From Azolla caroliniana (Eukaryota > Plantae > Polypodiophyta): 64,000 nt of DNA. Below, in pieces: positions 1-9,080 of this stretch; positions within the stretch are counted from its first letter, which is position 1; each line of letters begins with the position of its first letter. The stretch lies in contig JBHGNT010000013.1 in NCBI GenBank assembly GCA_043228905.1, forward strand, positions 19,840,001-19,904,000, given 5' to 3'. The notes below the pieces were generated by a model. It did no database searches. It worked only from the letters and a program-made list of their open reading frames with translations, and was not told the DNA's origin. The position numbers and the translations under genes were made by a program.

Positions 1-1032
1 ATGTTTCGCTTCCTCTTCCTACCTCCCCTTCTTGTTTGGCATTCAATCATCTCCAATGTATACTTACCTGTAAAAGCATTTGCACTTCTAGTGTTGTACC
101 AATGAACATTTATAGACTTGATCGTGTTTTCTATTTCATGCATTAGCACTTCTAGAATTTTACCAACCCAAAATTGGTGGCCATGTGAGTTCTCATCAGC
201 CGGCATTGCAATCAACATCCCCGCGGTGAGCTCTTGCAAATTTCCTTGCCATCTAGCTTCGGCTGCTTTGGTCATCCTTGGTCCCACATAAATGTCTCTT
301 TGTTGTGGATGGACCAAGTTGTCATTAATCGCATTTACTAGTCGCTCCAGACTTCTATTTAGGCGATCATGTTGCAGCGACCATGTGAATGGCGTTTCCA
401 AATTCCAATTATCAACAGATACACAATTGTCTATAATTTCTTTCTGATCACTATAAAATACATCCCACCATGACGTGTCTTGTTGTGCGGCATATTTCTT
501 GGCGGCCTCAATATGCTTTCTTTTTTCTTCTAAGGCTTGGAGCCATGACCGTTTTTGTTCTAATACCAAGTCGCTCTGCAACTGTCCTTTCTTCTCAATT
601 GGCATTTGCTTAGCTCCATGGACAATTGTACTCGGCATACAAAGTAATAACTGGCAACCACCTTCAGGTTCCCATGTTGTAGAAGATGAATATTGTTTAG
701 CATACAAAAGTGTAGAACCACTTATTCCATTTTTCTTTATCAAAAAAATGTGATTGAAACTTATATTGTTTAACTGAGCAAACACTTTAACATTCCCACC
801 ACCCCCATCTAATATATATCTCTTAAAGTCATATACCTCCTTCAAGTGTAACACTTTTGGGCGTGGTGTATAAGCATCACAAATGACATCAAATAGTTTA
901 GGTAAAGTGAAAGCATCATGCCGAGACAACTGTCTAGAGAATGTGCTAAACATCTGATCTATATGGTCATGTGTGTGGCCAACCAAAAGGAAATTGACTT
1001 TCACTTTCCTAAACAATTCTAGGTTGACCAAC
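1..1032 (-). CDS. C-terminal half of transposase A (continues 6802-8275 across the Ty3 insertion; runs off window edge)
   Basis: Removing the Ty3 element and one CCAAC TSD restores ...GYLSMLV-NLELFRKVKVNFLLVGHTHDHIDQMFS...YAKQYSSSTTWEPEGGC...RWQGNLQELTAGMLIA...FWVGKI...VHWYNT. This is colinear with the 14826-17498 protein. Confidence 0.9.
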
Positions 1033-1322
1033 TGTCATAACTAGACTCGAACCCATAACCTTTTGTTACACGGGTCGAGACTTTACCATTAGGTTATGAG
1101 TTGTAATTTGAAGGATATTATTTTCATTTAGGTTTTATTAGGAAATTGATGTATATTCCAGATTTCTCTGGAACATTCTAGAAACTTCAGGAGTATTCCT
1201 GAAGACACTATAAAAGGAGGCGCAAGGCATTAGTTCGAACCAAATCGGTTCAACGCCAGTCTTAAGCCTTCTAACTACTGTTGTATATCTTCCGTCATAT
1301 AATACATATATCTTTCGCATCA

Positions 1323-1360
<38 letters not shown>

Positions 1361-1493
1361 ACTCATTCCTTCTCTCAAAGTTCGACACCTCTCATAGTAC
1401 TAATCCTTCTCTGTCTTAGTACTATTCCCCAACAATAGTACTAATCCTTCTTTTAGTACTAATTCCTTCTCTGCCTTAATAGAGTTCCTGACA
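1033..1493 (+). repeat. 5' LTR of chromovirus (461 bp)
   Basis: TGTCATAAC...CCTGACA with TATAAAA at 1209-1215. By eye it is identical to the 3' LTR except for one CT unit in the microsatellite. Confidence 0.97.
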
Positions 1494-1581
1494 GTTTGAA
1501 CCGATTTCTCCTACTAGTCTCCCTCTTCCTTCTGTCTCTCTCCTTTCCTACTAGTCTCTTATTTCCCTTTTCCTTCATCCC

Positions 1582-2766
1582 ATGGCCACCGTTAGCGCTG
1601 AAGAGTATCAATCCGTTTTCTCGGAATTTCAATGCTTGAAAGAGAAGTTTCATGCTTTGGAACAAGAAAATCAACGCTTGTTGGGGGATCTTCAGCAAAT
1701 TTCCTTAGAAAAGCAGCAAACGCAACAACAGCATGGGGAACTTGCGTTACGCGTGCAACAACTCGAAGCAACCATCGTAGCAATGCAACAACAAGGGCAC
1801 GGAGCACAAGGGATTCATAAAGAACCCAAGATTGGCCTTCCCACGAAGTTCGATGGAACGCGATCGCAGTTTAGAGGGTTTCTTAACCAGGTACGGTTAG
1901 TTATTCAAATGCATCCGTCCCGATATCCCACCGATGCATCACGAGTGGGTTTAGTAGGCACGTTGTTAAATGGCTCAGCATTAGCATGGTTCGCTCCGCT
2001 ACTAGAAAAGGAATCTCCAGTACTAAATAATTTTGAAGAATTCATAAGTGAGTTTAAAGCATGTTTTGGAGATACTGACAGCATAAGGACTGCAATCAAC
2101 AAAATCCGGCGATTACGCCAAGGTGACCGTCCAGCCTCCGCATATGCTGCAGATTTCCGCCTACTCGCCGCCGATATCCCCTGGGATGATCAAGCATTGA
2201 TGGAGCAGTTCCGCTATGGTCTACGCAACGATGTCAAGGATTTACTCTTGACTTTCCCTGAAGAGCCAAAATCATTAACAGAAGCAATCAGTCGAGCGGT
2301 CAGATGTGACAACCGCCTCTTCGAGCGACGTTCGGAACGACAATTTCAGATGCCGAGGGCAAGATCCGAGCCTACCTATGCCTCAGTGGTAGCGAAACCT
2401 TTTCAAAGGGAGTCACATAATGCGCCTCCAGTAAGTACTCCAACTCCAATGGAAATTGACACTACACGTCGTCGTGGGCCGCTATCGGAGGAGGAAAAGC
2501 AACGACGCCGAACAAACCGATTATGCCTTTATTGCGGTGGACCAGGGCATATCGCGATAAACTGTCCCCATAGACCAAGAAGGCAGGTAAACCAAGTCAT
2601 TGTTAGTTCTGACTATACTAAACCCGAGTCTATGTCAGTAGGAATCTCTGATAATCCTCATAGTCATAATAGTCATAGTCATAATAGTCCTAATAGTACT
2701 AATAGTCCGAATCTCGCAAACAAATTTGATGTCCTTAGCCAATTAGAAGAAGAGTTAAACGACTAA
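1582..2766 (+). CDS. gag: Gag (coiled coil, capsid/retrotrans_gag-like, CCHC zinc knuckle)
   Basis: 394-aa ORF with PTKFDG, PMEID and CLYCGGPGHIAINC motifs. Confidence 0.95.
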   Translation: MATVSAEEYQSVFSEFQCLKEKFHALEQENQRLLGDLQQISLEKQQTQQQHGELALRVQQLEATIVAMQQQGHGAQGIHKEPKIGLPTKFDGTRSQFRGFLNQVRLVIQMHPSRYPTDASRVGLVGTLLNGSALAWFAPLLEKESPVLNNFEEFISEFKACFGDTDSIRTAINKIRRLRQGDRPASAYAADFRLLAADIPWDDQALMEQFRYGLRNDVKDLLLTFPEEPKSLTEAISRAVRCDNRLFERRSERQFQMPRARSEPTYASVVAKPFQRESHNAPPVSTPTPMEIDTTRRRGPLSEEEKQRRRTNRLCLYCGGPGHIAINCPHRPRRQVNQVIVSSDYTKPESMSVGISDNPHSHNSHSHNSPNSTNSPNLANKFDVLSQLEEELND

Positions 2767-5700
2767 GTCCAGCCAAAATAGGAGCCGTTTGGTTGGACAG
2801 CCCTAGATCTGTGCAGCCCATTAGTGGTTCCATTCCCTCTAAGCAAGTTAGTGATGTGTTCGTAGTCCAAGTAGCAGTTAGTACTAAAAGTACCCCTCCA
2901 GTACATACCTTAGCCCTTCTAGATTCCGGAGCTAATTCTTGCTTCATGGATAGGAATTTTGCCCGAGCTCATCAGATATCTCTCAGAAAGCTCCCATGTC
3001 CAGCCTCAGTAGTAGTCATTGATGGTCGTCCCATTGCTTCTGGTAATATCATAGAAGAGTCGGAACCCGTTAATATTGTCCTAGATAACTTAACATGTGT
3101 AGTATCATTTAATATTATTAGTATTCCAGAACATCCCATAGTTTTAGGATTACCATGGTTCGAGTTACATGACCCAGACATAGATTGGAGGACAAGGGAA
3201 ATCCGGTTGCGACAAACCCAAGGATCTACCCAGAAGGTTGCAACCATTTCGCTACGTCAGTTGCGTGAGGAAGGGCGCAAGGAGGAAATGTTTCTCTTTG
3301 CAATATCAGTACAACCCTCCAGCACCACCAAAGAGGAGTCCACCGTTCAACTTCCCGAGAAGTATCGTCAGTATGCTGATGTGTTCGATAAAGTACAAGC
3401 CAACACACTTCCTCATCATCGGCCGTACGACTGCGCCATCGACTTACAACCGGGAAAAGAGCCGCCATGGGGGCCGATCTACAATTTGTCACCAACCGAG
3501 CTAGAAGTCCTTCGAGCCTATATAGAGGAGAATTTGGAGAACGGTTTCATTCGGCATTCGAAATCTCCAGCCGGCGCACCCATTTTCTTCGTCAAGAAAA
3601 AAGATGGCTCGCTTCGACTCGTTGTAGATTACCGTGGCTTGAATAAGGTCACAGTAAGAAATAGGTATGCTCTTCCCCTTATCTCAAGTCTTTTAGAACG
3701 GATCAACGGTGCCAGGTTCTTCACGAAGATCGACTTACGAGGAGCCTATAACCTCGTACGGATCCGACCAGGAGATGAATGGAAGACCGCGTTTCGCACC
3801 AGATATGGGCACTTCGAGTATACGGTCATGCCGTTCGGACTCACTAATGCGCCGGCAGTCTTCCAGCACATGGCGAATGATATATTTCGAGATCTCTTGG
3901 ATGATTTTTTGATCATCTATTTGGATGACCTACTGGTTTATTCAAAGACCCAAGAAGAACATGATTCTCATGTACTATTAGTACTAAAACGACTTCGAGA
4001 ACATGGTCTGTATGCAAAGTTAGAGAAATGTAGTTTCGGGTGCAACCAAGTGGAGTTTCTCGGCTATGTCATCTCCTCAGAAGGCATATCTATGGACCCA
4101 GCCAAGGTCAAAACGGTGATAGAATGGCACACTCCACGTTCGGTGCGGGATGTGCAATGCTTCCTAGGCTTTGCAAATTTCTACCGGAAGTTCATACAAA
4201 ATTACTCAAAAATTGTGCTGCCTCTCACACAGCTCACCAGGAAAGGACAATCATTCATTTGGTCTAAAGAGACGGACATGGCTTTCGAGAGTCTTAAGAA
4301 GGCGTTTACATCAGCTCCAATTTTAGGTCATGTGGATCCGGAAAAACCATTCATTATCGAAGCTGATGCATCGGATTTCGCATTGGGGAGCATTCTGTCA
4401 CAACAGGGTAACGACGAGAAGCTACATCCTGTGGCTTTCCACTCCCGTAAGTTTGACGCCGCCGAAATCAACTACGAAATTCATGATAAAGAGCTATTAG
4501 CAATAGTTGATTCTTTTATGCAATGGAGGCATTTCCTGGAGGGATCTCCTCATCAGGTCACTGTATTCAGTGACCACAAGAACCTTGCCTACTTTCAAGA
4601 TGCTCGTGTACTGAATCGACGTCAAGCTCGGTGGGCCCATTTCCTCACACGCTTCGACTTCAAAATTACATATCGTCCGGGGAAGCACCAAGGGAAGGCA
4701 GATGCATTATCACGGCGTTCGTATCTAACACCACGTCCCGGTGAGCCAGCTTTCGATAACCAGAAGCAAGTAATCTTGGGTCCAGCACGACTGCAAGCAG
4801 CACAGATCTTTGACATGCCCGTGGATTCCGACATTACCAATACTATACGTGAGGACTTGAAGACTGACGCTTTCGCCCAAGCTATACTAGCACAAATTGA
4901 CCCCTCTCGAGCGTCATGTTCACAATCACAATCACCAGGTACGGATTATCGGCAATTCAAATACTGTGATGGATTACTCTTCTTTAAAGAACTTTTGTAT
5001 GTTCCTAATGGTTCTTGCCGCCTTCGAGTAGTACAAAACTGCCATGACACATATACAGCAGGACATTTTGGTAGTACTAAAACATTAGATTTAGTACAAC
5101 GATCATTCTGGTGGCCCCGTATGCGACAATTTGTCGAAGATTTTGTTCGGACTTGCGATACATGCTGCAGAGCGAAAATGCCAAGACATCATCCATATGG
5201 TTTATTAGAACCATTACCAATTCCAAGCAAGCCATGGCAATCCATTGCTCTTGACTTCATTACAGATCTTCCAGTCTCTAAGGGATTCAGTGCGATTCTC
5301 ACAGTGGTGGATCGATATACGAAGATGGCTCATTTCTTACCATGTACTAAAGAAATATCTAGTGAAGACACCGCCGAAATTGTCATGCGGGAAGTATGTC
5401 GGCATCATGGACTCCCTGATAATATCATCAGCGATCGTGGACCCCAGTTTGTGTCAAAATTCTGGAAGCACCTTTTTAAAATGCTGAAGGTCACTTGTAA
5501 CCTCTCCTCCGGCTACCACCCACAAACCGACGGTCAAGCCGAACGAACAAATCAAACACTGGAGCAGTATCTGCGGTGCTTTCTCAACTATCATCAGAAT
5601 GACTGGGCAGATATTCTTCAGTTCGCCGAATTTGCCTATAATAACGCTATCCACGCATCGACTAAAGTCACGCCATTCTACGCTTATACGGGATATCATC

Positions 5701-6350
5701 CCCGGTGGTGTGTCCTTGAAACCCCAGAAGTGTCCACAAATCCTTGCGCGGAGGATCGTTTGGAGCGGTTACGCAAGATACAAGCGGATTTATCTACTCA
5801 ACTCCAGCAAGCTCAACAATCACACAAGGACTACGCAGATCGTCATCGACTTCCATCCAGTTTTAACATTGGAGATCGGGTGTGGCTGCTACGACGACAC
5901 ATCAAGACTACTCGCCCATGTGAGAAGTTGGATTATCGACGATTAGGTCCTTTCCGTATTATCGGGAAGATTAATGATGTCGCTTTTCGTCTCGAGCTAC
6001 CTCCGCAACTTCGGATACACCCGGTGTTTCATAGTTCTCTCCTCGAACCCTATCACGAGAGCACTATCCCAGGACGTACTATACAACCTCCACCTCCTAT
6101 CGAGCTCGAAGATGGACCTGAGTATGAGGTCGCTGCCATCCTCGATTCCAAGATTGTTCGCAACAAGCTCTACTATCTAGTCGATTGGCTAGGATATAGT
6201 CCCAGCGAGCGTACTTGGGAACCGATCGAGAATGTGACCAATGCTCGTGCTCTTCTAGAAGACTTCCATCGACGATATCCCGAGAAACCGGGTCCTCAAT
6301 CCAAAACGACTCGTGAAACTCGTCGTTTTAAAGGGGGGATAGTGTCATAA
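2754..6350 (+). CDS. pol: Pol: aspartic protease, RT, RNase H, integrase, chromodomain; in -1 frame relative to gag
   Basis: LLDSGA, YLDDLL, DASD, HHCC zinc finger, SDRG..F, GQAERTN and the chromodomain YEVAAILD...YLVDWLGY...TWEP. The ORF track starts at 2793, but the frame is open back to 2739. Confidence 0.95.
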   Translation, partial: VKRLSPAKIGAVWLDSPRSVQPISGSIPSKQVSDVFVVQVAVSTKSTPPVHTLALLDSGANSCFMDRNFARAHQISLRKLPCPASVVVIDGRPIASGNIIEESEPVNIVLDNLTCVVSFNIISIPEHPIVLGLPWFELHDPDIDWRTREIRLRQTQGSTQKVATISLRQLREEGRKEEMFLFAISVQPSSTTKEESTVQLPEKYRQYADVFDKVQANTLPHHRPYDCAIDLQPGKEPPWGPIYNLSPTELEVLRAYIEENLENGFIRHSKSPAGAPIFFVKKKDGSLRLVVDYRGLNKVTVRNRYALPLISSLLERINGARFFTKIDLRGAYNLVRIRPGDEWKTAFRTRYGHFEYTVMPFGLTNAPAVFQHMANDIFRDLLDDFLIIYLDDLLVYSKTQEEHDSHVLLVLKRLREHGLYAKLEKCSFGCNQVEFLGYVISSEGISMDPAKVKTVIEWHTPRSVRDVQCFLGFANFYRKFIQNYSKIVLPLTQLTRKGQSFIWSKETDMAFESLKKAFTSAPILGHVDPEKPFIIEADASDFALGSILSQQGNDEKLHPVAFHSRKFDAAEINYEIHDKELLAIVDSFMQWRHFLEGSPHQVTVFSDHKNLAYFQDARVLNRRQARWAHFLTRFDFKITYRPGKHQGKADALSRRSYLTPRPGEPAFDNQKQVILGPARLQAAQIFDMPVDSDITNTIREDLKTDAFAQAILAQIDPSRASCSQSQSPGTDYRQFKYCDGLLFFKELLYVPNGSCRLRVVQNCHDTYTAGHFGSTKTLDLVQRSFWWPRMRQFVEDFVRTCDTCCRAKMPRHHPYGLLEPLPIPSKPWQSIALDFITDLPVSKGFSAILTVVDRYTKMAHFLPCTKEISSEDTAEIVMREVCRHHGLPDNIISDRGPQFVSKFWKHLFKMLKVTCNLSSGYHPQTDGQAERTNQTLEQYLRCFLNYHQNDWADILQFAEFAYNNAIHASTKVTPFYAYTGYHPRWCVLETPEVSTNPCAEDRLERLRKIQADLSTQLQQAQQSHKDYADRHRLPSSFNIGDRVWLLRRHIKTTRPCEKLDYRRLGPFRIIGKINDVAFRLELPPQLRIHPVFHSSLLEPYHESTIPGRTIQPPPPIELEDGPEYEVAAILDSKIVRNKLYYLVDWLGYSPSERTWEPIENVTNARALLEDFHRRYPEKPGPQSKTTRETRRFKGGIVS

Positions 6351-6632
6351 CTAGACTCGAACCCATAACCTTTTGTTACACGGGTCGAGACTTTACCATT
6401 AGGTTATGAGTTGTAATTTGAAGGATATTATTTTCATTTAGGTTTTATTAGGAAATTGATGTATATTCCAGATTTCTCTGGAACATTCTAGAAACTTCAG
6501 GAGTATTCCTGAAGACACTATAAAAGGAGGCGCAAGGCATTAGTTCGAACCAAATCGGTTCAACGCCAGTCTTAAGCCTTCTAACTACTGTTGTATATCT
6601 TCCGTCATATAATACATATATCTTTCGCATCA

Positions 6633-6668
<36 letters not shown>

Positions 6669-6801
6669 ACTCATTCCTTCTCTCAAAGTTCGACACCTCT
6701 CATAGTACTAATCCTTCTCTGTCTTAGTACTATTCCCCAACAATAGTACTAATCCTTCTTTTAGTACTAATTCCTTCTCTGCCTTAATAGAGTTCCTGAC
6801 A
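6343..6801 (+). repeat. 3' LTR of chromovirus (459 bp)
   Basis: Direct repeat of 1033-1493, preceded by the PPT and followed by TSD CCAAC. Confidence 0.97.
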
Positions 6802-8275
6802 CCAACATACTTAGATAGCCAAATACAGTTGAATTTTTGTTCTCTCTAGCAGTATTGTCCAATTGAATGTATAGAACAGGGGGGAAAGGTTGTCCCCAAG
6901 ACATCAAAACTCGGTGAATCACTGTAACTGTTAGGTTAGGGTCATTGTGAACATTGGGGTAAGTAATGAAGACGTGAGGTCGAACAGACCTATTATAAGC
7001 CAAGCATCCCACCAAGTGCATTTGAACAAGGCACTCATCATTGACATCTTTGGGGAGCCTCCGCATATGCGGCAAGCATGTCTTCTTCTGGTCCATGCCA
7101 TCTATCATTAAGCACATGTATTGTTCAGGCCTCTTCAAACACTTCTCTCTATGATGCATCGCCTTCCTTCGTTCTAAGGATTGTGCCTCACGATGCTCTT
7201 GTAGTAACTTCTTACTCGTATCCTTTTCCATTGATGTCTTTGCACCTTTAGCCAAACTTTTAAGATTTGCACAAATGGAGCAATACCCCATACGTACTTT
7301 ACGAGGAATAATAACATTTGAAAACCGAGCTCTCCATAATCTTGTGAATTGGCTATAAGTGATAGACTTATTACGTGAGCCCAGCATATCAGATCGATAG
7401 ACATCATAAACTTCCCGACGGGTATAATTATCAGAAAGATGCATCCTACCTGTAGTGGGCATTACTTCACAATTTAACTGAAAGTAAGTTTTCATCCAGC
7501 CAATAGCTAGTCTTCCAATTGCACCTTTCATACTTGGAACCTCTTTACAATTGAGCATCTGATCCCCGCTAAGTAGACGTTGTTGTACTCTATGTAGCCG
7601 CATGTTACTAACACATAACGCAATTTTGAATGCAACTCTACATATCTGTTGCGCATGGAAGATATAATACTCGAATGATACTTTGATCCCCGTACATTTG
7701 TCAGATACTAGTTGCATATGTGATCCGAGGTAAGTGTCTTGCTCATCACCGGTCATCGAAAAATAGTATCGCCTTAATTCTCGCAACTTTGATTTTCCAA
7801 TCATAGACATACAACCACGGGCACAACATATTTTGTTGACATCAAATCCAATCTGTTTATCTGATGTCACCAAGCTAAATCTAGCGAGACGATTTCTTCG
7901 TGGGATTCTTCTAATATGCATAGGGCTCCCAGATTTCTCTTCCTGCATAGAGGTTGGTGTAACCTTGTTACAGTCTAATTCTCTGTTGTGACCATCGCCA
8001 ATGTTATTCAATGTTTCCTGGGCACTTCCTTCATTCTCGGTATCTTTATTAATATCGTATTCTTCAATAGAGAACTCTTCACATGTGTCATTATTTACAT
8101 TCCCTGTAGATGAGCTCAGACAATATTCTTCGATAGAATATGGTGAGTCGGTCGACAGACAATATTCTTCAATCGAATATGGTGACTCTGTTGACAAACA
8201 ATACTCTTCAGTAGAAAACGATGGGTCTGATGACAAACAATATTCTTCAATCGAGAACGGTGAATCTTCACTCAT
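6802..8275 (-). CDS. N-terminal half of transposase A (DDD/E-type, Sola-like/DUF7869-like motif pattern), disrupted by Ty3 insertion
   Basis: Cys-rich N-terminus (CCARGC, CRVAF, CSIC), MIDGMDQKKTCLPH and YIQLDNTARENKN. Homologous to 14826-17498. The ORF-track tail SGTLLRQRRN is read from the LTR. Confidence 0.85.
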
Positions 8276-8929
8276 GGCTTAAGGTCTAGATAGGGATCTC
8301 TAAGTTATACTCCTCTCTAAACATAAACTTCTCTCTAAACAATAGCCAAATCAATAGAATGTCTATATTATGTAATATTCTATTAATACAATACATCAAA
8401 AAATTATTTTTAATAAAGTAATTGTACTTAAATTATCAATTATTATATAAACTAGATCTATATGAAGTTAAATCAAGTAAAATATAAAACTAATCATTAA
8501 CAAGCCATGAATATGTTGGATTAATGTTAAAATCATTGGCTAATTAATGGCACCCATTTTGATATAGAATGTCTCACTCATTGGTTCTTTAATGCTCACC
8601 ATTTTAAATATTAGACTTATCAATCATTGGTTAATTCATGCCCACATCTTTAATACACAACATTTGAGAGTCATAAAAATTGTTGCTTTTAGTAATCAAT
8701 CATTGGTACATTCATGAACCTCTATCATTGTCTCCTTCATAACCTTTGAAGTCATTGTAGGTTGTTATGACTATAAAAGATTGATCAATATGTTAGTTTG
8801 ACTTTGTAATCATTAATACAATCATAAGTTACTCTAGTTAATGTGACTATGGTTACCAACTAACTATCCTCAAAGTTACCAACCTTGGTTAAGGTGACTA
8901 TGGTTACTTTAACCAATGTGTTCAATCCC

Positions 8930-8936
8930 TATAAAT
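8930..8936 (+). promoter_or_regulatory. TATA box of the ParB-MTase gene
   Basis: CCCTATAAATAG about 150 bp upstream of ATG 9081, followed by an (ACAGAGC)-repeat-rich putative 5' UTR at 8965-9040. Confidence 0.55.
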
Positions 8937-9080
8937 AGGAAGACCTCGTCATATTTCACTCACCAGAGCGTACAGAGCGTACAGAGCACACAGAACGTAG
9001 AGAGCACACAGAGCACACAAAGCACACAGAGCACAAAGCACGAAAGCGCGATCTCCGCCTCCACTTCCACACGATCAACC

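Larger units (their letters stand above)
1033..6801 (+). mobile_element. Full-length Ty3/gypsy LTR retrotransposon, chromovirus (Tcn1/Tf1-sushi-like)
   Basis: TG...CA LTRs at 1033-1493 and 6343-6801, 5-bp TSD CCAAC (1028-1032, 6802-6806), PPT AAAGGGGGGATAG at 6330-6342, and intact gag and PR-RT-RH-IN-chromodomain pol. Confidence 0.98.

Noticed and set aside
1138-1362. 74-aa and 72-aa minus-strand ORFs (also 6448-6666) with ERERER
   Set aside because: These are translations of the LTR (CT)n microsatellite and are duplicated only because the LTRs are.
6767-6801. C-terminus SGTLLRQRRN of the 502-aa ORF
   Set aside because: Read-through into the Ty3 LTR; the true frame continues at 1027.
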